Positions 26,301 through 39,999 of a DNA stretch of 64,000 bases are shown here, piece by piece. This DNA is from Geosiphon pyriformis uo1. Taxonomy: Eukaryota > Fungi > Glomeromycota. The stretch spans positions 106,781-170,780 of the forward strand of contig JAAOMT010000504.1 of NCBI GenBank assembly GCA_016748015.1, in the 5' to 3' direction. A program made the translations under genes and the position numbers. Position 1 is the first letter of the stretch. Every line of letters starts with the position of its first letter. The notes beneath the pieces were generated by a model. That model did not search any database and had not been told where the DNA came from. It worked only from the letters and a program-made list of their open reading frames with translations.

Positions 26301-29300
26301 GTCTAATATAAACAATTTTTATAAGTTGTTGAAATGTGGCTGAAGCATTGGTTAAGCCAAATAGCATGACTTCAAATTCGAAATTTTCTTTTCTAGTAGT
26401 AAATGTGATCTTTTTTTTGTCAGCTGGATTCATGGCTACTTGCCAGTAACCACTATCTAAGTTTAATGTAAAGAACCATTTTTTTCTTTCAAAAGCATCA
26501 AATAATTTCTGGATTTGGAAAGTGAGATAGTTGTCTTCATAAGTTACACTATTGAGTTTTTTATAATCCACACAAAAGCAGATTTTTTCATTTTTCTTAT
26601 GGACTAGTACCATTGGTGACAACCATAGACTTATTGATAATTAAATTAATCTGTTGTCCAATATTCTGTTAATTTTTTGTTGGATGATTTTATAGCTGGC
26701 TAGTGGTACTTAGTAGAATTGTTGTTTAATTGGCATAATATCTTTAGTCTTGATTTGGTATTGAATAATGTTAGTTCTGCTGAATTCATTTTCATTGGCA
26801 AAGATATTAGTAAAATTGTTAAGCAATATCTTAAACTGCATTCATTGGGATGGATCTAAGTTTCTTAAGTTTATCTGTTCTAATTGTTCTGGTTAGAGCA
26901 AATAGTATTTTTTTTGTCCATATATTGTTTATAATATGATATCCACATATCCACAAAGTTGTGAAAAATTTGGAATAGTGCTTGGTGGTTGGTTTTTAAC
27001 TTTAATGCTTAAGTATCCAATAATAGTTCTACTTAGTATTTTAATGGTGTCTCTCATTGTGTTGTGAATGAGAATTTTGATATGTTTGTTGTTTTTAGCC
27101 AGTATGTAGAGATTGGTAATAGCAATTTCTCTTAATTCATAAATACTTAGTTTTGCCTTAAAAATTTGGAACTGATCTTTTACTTTCCTTTCTATGATTA
27201 CTAAATACTGATCATATAGTAAAATAGAAATTGATTAATAAGTGGAGATAATTTCTTCTTTGTCAATAACTTCTTCCTCTGCCATATTAACTGGTATGTT
27301 TATTTTACTCATGGATTTGAATCCACTTATTTTTTTTGCTGTTATCTGTAACTCCTCTCTTTTTTTCACTAACACTAATTCAGCTATTTTAACCAAAAGT
27401 AGGAATATTGTCTGTGCTATTTTTTCATTTGGTTAAATAATATACTCTTTTTTTGAGTTATTTTGTAATATTACAATAATATTTTCTAAATATTCTGTGT
27501 TAATTATTTTTCTCTTAATGTTGATTTTCTTCTTTGCTAAACTAGATCTAAATGCTAATTGTACTATGGTTGTTGTCAAAACTTCTAGTGCTATTTTCAG
27601 ATCAATACAGATGTGTGAATATGATTCTAATTTGATGGCATTCTTTCTGAAATATTTCAAATCAAACTCTGCATTAGTATCATATATGTGTTTTGGCATA
27701 ATACTTTTATTATTATCATTGAACCATTTTAGTTCTTGCTTCTTGGAAAGATTAAGGAATACAATATATTGTTTAGGGTTATAATCAAAGTTTAAATCAT
27801 TGTTATTATTATTGTCAATTTGAACAGAGCTGAAACCATTGTTATTGTCATTGTTATTGGAGTTTGAACCAGGATTAAATACTAATTTTAATTCTGATAC
27901 ACAGCTGTTAATTAGTTCTTCTTCTTCTGGAATTGTGTAGATTATGTATGGTAGTGGATTGTAAATAAAGTAACACTTATTGCAATATTGAAAATTACAT
28001 GAAATCAAACAGTAATTACATAGTTAGATGTTTAATTATTCTAAACATTGTTCTTGCTCTTTTCTGGTGGGTGCTAAGTTTTGATAGTGTTCATAAAATT
28101 GTTCTGAGTTCATAGTGTTGAAAACAATATTGGAGTTTGAAGTCCAATTGAGCTCTATGAATTCTGGCAGATTATTTTTAATTTCTCTATTAATGTGCTT
28201 TTAATTTTAGTGAGTGCCATTTATTAGATTTTATCATCATCATGTGGACAACTATTTAAGTGTTTTATAGCTCTTTTTTAGACAGTGTCTATAGACATTC
28301 TTTTTCTTATATAATTACTGATTAAAATTGTGTATTAACATGATTCATTGCATATTTTTTTATGACCAGGAATGTTGTTCCATATTTTTTTGTCTAAAAA
28401 AGTTTTTTTACAAGCCAGACATGGTTTATTGTCTTATTTTTCTTGTCATTTAGGTTATCTAAATTGCTTAAGAACATATAGGCAGCAGTAATACTTAGTT
28501 GCTATCAGCTACTTCTCATCATCATCACAACATGCATCTATTGATAACAATTTCTTGTCACAATCAACACATATTAATTTAGGTCAATGGTAAGTTGAGT
28601 TAGAGCAATTGGTAGTGTATGGTATATAAGTAGAGATTGTTGCTTGGGGTTTTTCTTCTTTTTTTTTTTCTCTTTTTTTTTTTTCTCTCATATAGGCACT
28701 GGTGGTAAGCTATTATAGTTATCATTAGCCCATAAGACTTGGTAGGCTTTCCAAGTAGGTCTTTCTTTCTTTTCTTCCAATTTAATTAAGGGGTTTTGAG
28801 TGGTGTTGGTTGGTTTGAAATGACCAAATATGGCTGGTACTCTAGTGTGCTAACCATTTTGGCTAAGTTGTAATTCTTGAGTGGTTCAGTTAAGCACAGC
28901 ATTTGTCTCAGACAATCAGTCATTACCAATTAGAGCTTGGTACTAAGTAGTTTTTATAATAAGAACTTTAATTGGTATATTGATGCTATTGACTTCAATT
29001 AGAAAGTTGTTGATTTTACCAATTGGAGTTTTGGTGGCTCTATCAGCAGTAATAATTCTGGTACTAACAGTATGATCAATTCAGTGATCTAATTGGTCTA
29101 TGAATTGCTTGGTAATAATGCTGTCTGTTGAACTGCTATTTAAGATCAGTTTGATGAACTGACCATCAATCTTAGCATTGATGTACATTGTGGTAATGGG
29201 TTTTGTGTCTAAAGCAGCTCTACTAAATAATAGATTTATTAACAGTTACTTGGATTCAAAGGAAAAGATTGTGGATAGTGATTCATTATTAGTGATGGTT

Positions 29301-30176
29301 GCTGGAAGTATGTTATTGGTAAGTAGCTTTTGGTTGGTTTTCTGATGATTGGATTGGGTGTCTTCTGGGACAACCAAGAAATTTAAATAGTGTTGGGTGT
29401 TTGGGTTTTGGGCATAGCTAGTTTCCAAATTTTGCTGTCACAATCCAGATTGTTGGGCTGCTAAACTAAGGATCAGTTAGTATATTACTATTGTTGATTG
29501 CCAATTTTGATGAATCTGCATAGTTCTTAGTCTCTGGTTTCTATTTTGGGGTAAGTTCTGTGATGGTGTTGGAATTGGTTAGGGTTAATAAATTAGCTAA
29601 GTTTGAGATGGTTAATAAATTACTGAAGCTGGGTGTTGATAGATTGGTGCTTAATAAATTGGTTACATTATTTAAGAGTAATAAGGCTAATATTAGTATT
29701 GTTAATTTGATAGATTATTGATGTAATTCGGGTTTTGAAATCTGCAATTGGAGTTTTGATATTGAGTTTTTAATTATTAGTTATTTAACCTTAACCAGCA
29801 ATCTATTTTTAGATGTTTTTGTTTACCATAATAGTAGCAAATACATGTTTTCTGCAGCCATGGTTGATTTAATGAAAATGACTGTGACTAATTCTGAAGT
29901 CAATTGGAATTTTCTGAATTTTCATGACATTGTGACAGCTGATAAATAATCTGATTGCTATTATTATTAACTAAGTATCTCTCTAGTTTCTGATTAATCA
30001 AATCACTAAATTGTTTCAACTTAGAATTCAATTCAGATAATCTGTTCATTACTAGGTTTACGACTTGAATTTGTCTGACTTCTAGCTTAACTGATTCAAA
30101 ATCTTTGGTATAAATAACTGTATTTTGTAGCATACCTGAGTGTATTAGCCATATTCATTGTAGAATAGTACTGTAT
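22511..30176 (-). mobile_element. Gypsy element C (3' LTR, ORF3 type 2, integrase, pol, 3' half of gag), cut by D; 5' part missing
   Basis: LTR 22511-23352, PPT 23353-23367, ORF3 24005-23366, integrase 25443-24061, RT track ORF 26038..26622, dUTPase ~27310-27700. Confidence 0.95.
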
Positions 30177-31000
30177 TGTTACTTATAGAATATAAAAATT
30201 ATATTAATATATATATTAGCCAATCAGAAATAGGTGTAGTAAAATATAGAATTTCATAATTCTTTTTAGAGAAATTGCAGAATTCCAGAATTACAGAATT
30301 CTTATATGAAGAATTGCAGGATTCCAGAATTGCAGGATTTTAGGAATTCCAAGATTTTTGGCATAAAGAATTGAGGAATTGAGGAATCTCAATTATGTAT
30401 ATAAAGTGGCAGCATTAAAAACAAAAAAAAACAAACCTCTTAGTTTAGATTCAATTAAAAGCAACTTTCTAAATTACAAATATTAATAAATAATTATTTA
30501 CTATCTTAATCCAATTTCTGCTATCAATACTTCATGTTGATAATAACTGATACTTAACCATACTGGAACAATAGCTTTTGATCATGGCTATTAACAAGAT
30601 ACTAACTTAACTTGCCTTGGCTTAATCTCTTTATTTTTTTTATTTTCTTTATTTTTTTTATTTTCTTTGTTGTTTATTAATTGATTAAAGATTAACATGC
30701 AAAATTATTAATGTTAAAAAGACTGGTAAAAGACCTGTGAAACAAGGATAGAAACTCATAAAATTGAAGATAGCTTACCAGAAAGATTATCAGCCATCAT
30801 GTTAAGAAAAAAATTTAATGGAATTGCAATTTCAAAAAGCTACTAAAAACAATCATTGAATCTCTGTCTATTATATAAAAGACTTTACTCAAAACCTTCA
30901 AATACAGAAAACCTTCAGATATTACCAACCATATTAGCTATTGAGCACCAAGTTATGAGTTTGTTATTTATATTAACATCCCAAATAATTATTTGTAACA
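30177..31000 (+). repeat. 5' LTR of D (U3 type 1)
   Basis: TGTTACTT...TGTAACA followed by PBS. Confidence 0.95.
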
Positions 31001-34000
31001 TTTGGTGCTCTCTTTAAGGTATAATTCTACAAAAAACCAGCACTAATACCAATCAGTCAAAAGTGGTAGAATCAGAAAAAATAAGGACAAACCATTTAAG
31101 ATTCACCAAATTCTTATTTTAATATTACTGTTAACACCTGGAATTAATCAGCAATCACCTATTAGCAGAATTAGCTTTCAATTTCTACATTAACAAGAGA
31201 ATTTTCTATTTTCTAGGAGTACTAGTAAACATTAGATCAGCAAAAAAAAATTTCTACAATGAATTAATTCAAAACACCAGCCTACAGTAAATTACAATTT
31301 TATGTCAATTATCACTAAGATCAATAGAGAAATTGAAAATCACACTCAACAAAGATATTCAATCACCTATGCAAACAAAGACAAAGGAAAACTACAAATA
31401 CCAGCAGTAACACTTCAAAAAATACAACCATCTACTTGAAAAAAAATCAGAATTGAGTCACCAATCAACTTATCATACTGTTATATACCCAGAAGTCCCA
31501 TTAACATTTCATTAACAGACATGTCTACCTTAAATACAAAACTATTATTAGTCTAACTTCTATTTCAAAGTAAACAGAAGAAAGCAAAATTATTGGAAAT
31601 CTATGGTAATTATTTTGAAGAATTTAAATTGCAATTGCCAACACTATTAGGATTTTGATTACTACCACTTCAACCAAATTTCAGAACTGCAAGTCTCTGA
31701 GAAATAACTGAATCAGAAAAAAAGAAAGATAACAATCAGAAATTTAATTATCAAAACCCAATTGTAGAAAATCTAGAAGTCAAAACTCCGAATATTTAAA
31801 CTCAGCAAACTCAAAATGATCAAAACCCTGATTTCATTAATCAGCAAAATTTACCTTCAGTAATCATGATAAATTAATTACCAATTAACCCAATTGCCAA
31901 ATTACTACAGCCAATACCACCACAGCAACAACCACAACAATCATTTTAATAACGACCAGTATAACAGTCACAATCAATTATACCAATGGCATATGCACCC
32001 ATTACCAAGCTTGAGAAATTTACTGGCAAAAAAGATGATACCCAAGTCTGGCTAAATAATGTCACCAAAGCCATAACTGCTAATAATTGAAATGACACTA
32101 GAGTCCTTCAAGCAATTTCATACTTCTTACAAAATACTGTCAACTTGTGGTATCAAAGCCTCATCCAAAAACTTCAAACATTCAATGAATTCAAAATTGT
32201 TTTTTTAAGATATTTCAGCAATAACAACAGCATCAATTATCTAACAACTGCCTTTACCACTATAAAGCAAGGAAAAACTGAAGCCATTACCACTTACTTG
32301 AAACACTTCTATCACAATCTATGCTAAATACAAATTATTAATACTAACTATTTTACTCCATCACAAATTTTAAATCAATTCATTAGAGGCCTGCACAGCA
32401 ACATACTCCAATACATATGTTTATTATATCTGGTAGATCTTCAAGCCATAGTTACCAATGCCAGAGATTTTAAAGCAGCAGAGCTCAAAGTCAACCACAT
32501 TCAAGCTGTGAATTTAGTAATAAATAGATTATCTGACTTAGATTCCAAATTGAAACAATTTAGTAATTCAATTAACCAAAAACTTGAGAGATACTTAGCT
32601 AACAATTAAGCAATTTATCAATCTTCACAATGATGTTATAATCAAGAAAATATGAATCACTTTCAAAATCAGTTGTATCCCTTGTTATCAACAAATTAGC
32701 AGTGACAGCAAAAGATACATATTTTTCACTACTGTGATAAACAAAGACACTTGAAAATTGATTGCCAATTAAGAATAGATAATTAACAATTGGGAAATTA
32801 ATATCAAAACCCCAATTACCAGTTTCAAATTCCAAACTACCACTATCAAGATTAATATCAACCAAATTACCCACCAATAACATAACAATTATACTCACTT
32901 CCAATCTATCAGGCACTAGCACCTGTAATTTATCAACCACCACAGTCCCAAATAATTTATTAGACTCCACCAATTTAAACACTACCATCAAACTCAGCTC
33001 AATTAGTCATTGAAACCCAAAGACCAAGAGTCATCCATACTCAATAAAACTGAAGATCAGTGATAATCATGCACCAACTAATTCTCAGTTTTTCAACCCA
33101 ACCATCAAAATTACGACAACAGAGTTTGGGAACTGGATATATTCAAAATTCGAATTCCCAAAACTATTTAAGCCTTTTAATTAACCCAAAAAATGTTTCA
33201 TCTAACAAATTAGAAACCAACCAAAACTCTTTTATTCACAATATTCTACCAATAATTATTACCAAAGATGAATCATTGGATGCAATATTCTTATTTGAAT
33301 TTAAGAAACTGTTAGTCACACCCTTATTTAATGAAACTGTTCTTAAAAAAAACCTATTATTGCCATATACACTAATGCTAAAATTGATAGCCACTCCATT
33401 AAACTCATATTAAACAGCAGATTAGCAGGCAGCATCATTACACAACAACTCATGAACCAATTAGGTTGCCGAGTTGATTGTGCTGCCAATGCTCAAATTA
33501 TTACTACTAATAGAGCCACAAAGACTCTAATTGACAAAATTGACAACTTTCAATTCAAAATCAATGGCATCACTATATTTATCAAAGTATTGGTGATAGA
33601 AACCACTTAATATCAAGCTCTTGTTGATAATAACTGGCTGATAAAAACCAATGCTGTATTTAATTAGACTATCCAAAAATTGCAACTCAGCCAAAACAGC
33701 CAACATATATAAGTACCAGCCATTTGCAGCCACTTTAAACCAACTATCATGTGACTATTGATAAAATTGAAGGAAAAAAAAAGAAACTTACCTGGGAAGT
33801 CTACCAAATATCCTGGGCTAACAATGACCATAATGAACTGCCACCAATCCTAACTTGAGAAGAAAAGGAAAAAGAAAAAGGCAAGGAAAAAAAAAAAGAG
33901 CCAGCACAAGTCATTACTTTTACATATATACTATACACCTATATACCACAACAACAGCCAAACTATTGCTAACCAAATTTTATATGCATTAATTGTGACA

Positions 34001-37000
34001 AGAAATTTTTATCAATAAGCACATACTGTGATAACAATAAAAAATAGCCAACAGCAAAAAAATTATATTGCCATCCATGCATTCTAGAATGATTTAGATA
34101 ACCAAAAAGACAAGGAAAATGAAATAACAAATCTTGTCTTGTCTGTAAAACCATTTTGCTAAGAAATATGAAATAATATTCTTAAACATAGAAGAATATG
34201 CAACAAAATGTGCCAATATACTATCCTAATAAATGACTGGGTATGCAAAAGAACTCCAATTAACAACACATAAAAAAGAGCATTGTAATAATTGGAAAAA
34301 TATCTTCATAATAAACATGAGATCTGGAGAATGGTAAGTGCAAAAGCAGAAAGTACTACTTTTAATGAACTACTGAAAATTAAAAACAACTCATTATTCT
34401 TTCCTGAACCCAAATATGTCCCAACTTTTGATATCTTTGGCAACATTAAAAATGACTCAGAAGAATTGTACAAGCACTATTAGTGCCTGGCACCAATCAA
34501 AAAAGAGCAAGAATAATGGCTAAAACAATTAAATACATGACTATACAAGCATTGTTTGATTTTTAATAACTTTGAATATTGTAATAAGTGTAATTTTATT
34601 TACAATTCATTACTGCACATAATCTACACAATTCCTGAAAAAGAAGAACCAATTAGCAGTTGTACATCAGAATCAGAATTGATATTCAATCTCGATTCAA
34701 ACTCTGACAATAATGACAATAACAATAGTTCCAGCTTTGTTCAAAATAGTAATAACAATAACAATAATTTAAACTTTGATTCAAACTCAGAACAATATAT
34801 TGCACTCTTTGATCTTTCTAAGAAGCAAGAACTGAAATAATTCAGTGATTACAATAAAAGTATCATGCCAGAATCTATGCATAATACTGATACAAGGTTT
34901 GATCTGAAATATCTAAGAAAAAAAGCCATCAAATTAAAACCATATTTACACACTTGTATTAATCTAAAAATAGCAATAGAAATCTTAGCAACAACAATGG
35001 TTTAATTAACATCTAAAAGTAGTTTAGCAAAAAGGAGAATCAATATATGAGGAGGAATAATTGATACAAGATATATAAAAAATATTATTACAATGCTACA
35101 AAATAATTCAGAAAAAGCTTATATTATAAAGTTTAATGAAAAAATAGCACAGACAATATTTCTGCCTTTGGTTAAAATAGTTCAGTTAGTACTAATGAGA
35201 AATAGAAAAAAATTAGGAATTACAGTTAGAGGGATAAGTAAATTTGGATCCATGAATAGAATAGACATACCAGTTAATATGGCAGAAAAAAAAATTGTTG
35301 ACAAGAGAAAAATTATCTTCACCTGTCAATCAGTTTCTATTTTATTATATAACAAGTATATGTTAGCATTGGAAAAAATAGTGAAGAATTAGGCAGATTT
35401 TTGAAGCTGAACCAACCATTTGTAAATCAGAAAAAATCAGGCTTACCAATCCTTACATACTAGCCAAAAACAAGAACCACATCAAAATTTCTATCTACAA
35501 TACAACAGGAAATGTTATTGAGATACCAAAAAAAACTACCATCAGATATTTAAGCACTGAAGTAGAAAACCAATCACCAAACTTTATTCCAGATTTTCCA
35601 CAACTTTGTGAATATGTGGACATTATATCACAAACAATATACAGACAAAAAGAATATTATCTGCTCCAACCAGAACTATTAGAACAAATAAACTTGAGAA
35701 ATCTAGACCCACTACAATATATGCAGCTTAAGATGTTACTCAATAACTTTAACAACATTTTTGCCAGTAAAAATGAATTTGGCAGAACTGATATCATCTA
35801 GCATTAAATTAAAACTGGAGATACAATGCTAATTAAACAAAGAGCATACTGAGTACTACCAGCAAGCCATGAAATTATTTGAGAGAAAATCAATCAAATA
35901 TTAGACAACAGATTAATTTAACTATTAATGAGTTCATGATTATTATCAATGTTATTTGTTCATAAAAAAAAATGAGAAAATTTGCTTTTGTGTAGATTGC
36001 AAAAAATTCAATAAAGTAATTTGTAGAGACAATTATCTAACTTTACAGATTCAAAAATTATTCAATGTTTTTGAAGAAAAAAAATGGTTCCTGACATTGG
36101 ATTTAAACAGTGGTTACTGGCAAATAGCCATAAATCTAGCTGATAAGAAAAAAATAGCATTCATAACTAGAGAAAGAAATTTCAAATTTGAGATAATGCC
36201 ATTTGGCTTGATGAACACTCCAATTACATTCTAATGGCTCATGAAAATTGTTTATACTGAATTGCTATAAAAATTATTAATCATATATCTGGATAACACT
36301 AATGTATTCTCAAAAACATCTAATGATCATTTTTATTATCTACAACAAGTGTTTGAAAAATTCAGATGTATTAAATTGAAATTAAATGCAAACAAGTGTT
36401 TCTTCAGCAAAACAGAACTGAAATTCTTACAACATATTGTAAGCAAAGACAACATCAAAACAGATTCATACAAAATTAAAATAGTCAAAAACTTTTCAGT
36501 ACCAACCAACTTAACAGAACTCAGAGCATTCTTAAAATTTGCAGATTACTACTGCTGCTTTATTAAAGACTTTTCTAAACTGGCTTAACTACTTTACCAG
36601 CTTCAAACCAAAAATGTTAAATATAAGTGAACAGAAACTTAGCAAAAAGCTTTCAATATATTGTGAAAAAAGCTTATCCAAGCACTAGTACTAATTTATT
36701 TAGATTATAGCAAGCCATTCATTATTATTACTGATGTATCAGGTCAAATATTGGGAGCTGTACTATCTCAGAAAAAACCAGATAGAAGAGAACACCCAGT
36801 AGCATATGCCAGTTAAAGTTTAAGTCTAGCCAAAAAAAACTATAGAATACTAACATTAAAACACTTAACTATTTATTGAGCAGTTATTAAATAAAAAGAA
36901 TACTTAAGCCAGAAGTTTGATGTGTACACTAATTACAAAGAATTGACTTCAATCCAAAAACAAAAACTTGAAGACAATTGCCATACAAGATAGAAAATAG

Positions 37001-39171
37001 AACTTTCACTATTCAAATATACAGTACATTATAAAAAGGGAAAAAACAATGGAAATGCTGATGGTTTGTCAAAATGAGACAAATTTAAGAACATTCCAAC
37101 CCAAAAATATAACAAAAAATGAATACACAAAAATACCAACAACTCCAACACTATATTAATACTCAATTGTTCAAGGAGAAATTATCTCAAAAAGAACAAA
37201 ACAACATAAAACAACAATCAAAATATTTTATCATTCACAAAAATATATTATATTAGAAAAACTAAAAGAATTCAGATCAACTACTTAGAGTAATTTAAAA
37301 CCAGAAAAAAAAACAATATTATACAACATGTATTCAGATCCAACAGCAAAATATTTTCATAAAGAAGCAACTATAAAAAGAACCAGAAAGAGATATAATT
37401 GGCCATTAATATATCTAGACATTATTCAATATATTCAAAATTGTGATGTTTGTCAGAAAAGAGGAGGAATAAGACCCAATAAACCATTAAGACCAATTAA
37501 AGTGAAACAACCATTCAATTAGATTAGAATTGATTTAGTTAGACCATTTACAATAACCAGCAGAAAGAACAGATATATTGCAGTAGCCATGAATTATCTC
37601 ACTAAATAACCAAAAGCAAAAGCAATTCAAAAAGTAGATGCAGAATTCATTGCCAAATTTGTTTATTAAGATTTAATTTGTCAACATAAATGTCCAAAAG
37701 AATTATTATCCAATTAAAAAACTCACTTTGTGAACAGAAAATTGGCAGAATTAAGTCAAAAATTTGGAATTAAAAAACCATTATCATCACCATATTATTC
37801 ACAAACCAATGACTTAGTAAAAAGATTCAACAGAACATTGTATAAAGCAATAGCCAAAATCACCCAAAAAAATCAGAACAAATGAGATTTGTTTATATTA
37901 TTAGTATTATTTGTTTATTAAACAATAAAACAAAACACTATACAAGCAACATTATTTAAATTAGTATATAATAGAACAACAATACTATTAGTTAAAAAAA
38001 AAATCAATACATATTCAATAAAACTAATAACAGAAAACAATTTCCAAGAAACATTGTTGAAAAGAACATATGACTTAATAGAAATACTAGAAAACAAATA
38101 ACAAAAAGCAGCTAATAACATCCAAAAAAAACAAAAAAAATGGTATGATAACTAATTATCAAAGAAACCAGTTGAATTCAAGATTAAAGACAAAGTACTT
38201 CTATATTGTACCAAAGCAGAAAAACAATGGAGTGAAAAATTTGACCCCAAATAAAATAAACCATTTTATGTTGAAGAAATTCTAGAAAATAGAGCTTATA
38301 AATTAAAATAGAACAACAGAATTTTAACCAAAGCAGCACATGGGAATTGACTAAAACCATACCACAATATAGCATTATTATCTACCAATAATATTCCACA
38401 ATTGAAAGTACAAAGAAGACTAATCCAACCAAATGAGATCTCACAAGATTTAGAACCAATAATAATTATTAACACAAATACATCAAAATGAAACATTGGA
38501 ACTCTATATAAAAAATTAGCACATAACAAAATATACTAAAAAAATGGAAATTACTGATGATATTTACTCATTAGAACAACAATTTTTTTAACTAATTCAA
38601 TAACAAAAGATGAAAATTACAATTAATCAACAAACCATTTGATACAAAGATACAAAAAAAAAGAAAAAACCAGAAAACACTATCAACAAGATAATTACAA
38701 AAGTAAAATCAGCAATAGAAACACAAACAAAAGTTATATCATATCAAGAATTGACAATAGAAATTTGGAATTGGTGAATACAACAATTTCCAAAAAACTT
38801 TTGTTATTTCTATTTGGGACAACACCTGAATATTTAGAACTTGTATATGAATAAAACAAACCGATTATTTGATACAACAATACTACAACAACTTGAACAA
38901 TTTGTGAAGAAAAATAATCTAATCATACAAATACAAGCTATATATTAATTACAAGCTGGATTTCAAGACAAACCAGAAATATTACTCAATTCAAAAATGG
39001 ATACAGTTACCACTAATCAAATGGGTAAAATAACTAATGCTAAATTTGAAAAATCACAGATCAAAATAACCCAAATAATTCTCGAAAAAGAAGTTCAAGA
39101 AATAATCAAAGAAGAAAAAGTAAGAGAATTAGAAGATTTCAACAAAACTCAATATTAAAAAAATGGAATAA

Positions 39172-39999
39172 TATTATTTATAAAATATAGAAATCATATT
39201 AGTATATACATTAGCCAATCAGAAATAGGCGTAATAAAATGTGAAATTCCAGAATTCTTTTCAGAAGAATTGCAGGATTTTAGAATTACAAGATTCTCAT
39301 ATAAAGAATTGCAGAATTCCAGAATTTTAGGATTTTTCTCAAAGAATTGCAGAATTCCTGATGTAAAGAATTGAGGAATTGAGGAATTTCAATTATGTAT
39401 ATATAGCAGCAGCATTAAAAGCAGAAAAAAACAGACCTTTTAGTTTAGATTTAATTAAAGCAATTCTTCAAATCACAAATATCAATAAATAATTATTCAC
39501 TATCTTAATCCAATTTCCATTATCAACACTTCATGTTGATAGTAACTGATACTTAACCACACTAGAACAATAGTTCTTGATCATGGCTATTAACAAGATA
39601 TTAACTTTACTTGTCTTAACTTAATCTTTTTATTTTCTTTATTTTCTTTATTTCTTTTATTTTTTTTGTTGTTTACTAATTGATTAAAAATTAATGTATG
39701 AAATTATTGATGTCAAAAGAACCAGTAAAAGACCTATAAAACAAGAGTAGAAAATTCATAGAATTGAGGATAACTTACTAGGAGAATTACTGGTTACTAT
39801 GCTGAAAAAAAATTTGATAGAATTGCAATTTCAGGAGACTACTAAAAACAACTATTAAATCTCTGTTTATTATACAAAGAACTCCACCCAAAACCTTTAG
39901 ATACAGAAAACCTTTAGATATTACCAATCAGATTAGCTATTGAGCATCAAGTTATGAGTTTGTTATTTGTATCAACATGCCAAATAATTATCTGTAATA
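39172..39999 (+). repeat. 3' LTR of D
   Basis: TATTATTT...TGTAATA; shares D-specific AAGTTATGAGTTTGTTATTT with the 5' LTR. Confidence 0.95.

Larger units (their letters stand above)
30177..39999 (+). mobile_element. Full-length Gypsy element D (~9.8 kb)
   Basis: LTRs 30177-31000 and 39172-39999, PBS 31003-31020, gag-pol ending at stop 37086-37088, dUTPase ~34865-35253, integrase 37119-38491, ORF3 type 1 38544-39158; flanks belong to different hosts. Confidence 0.95.
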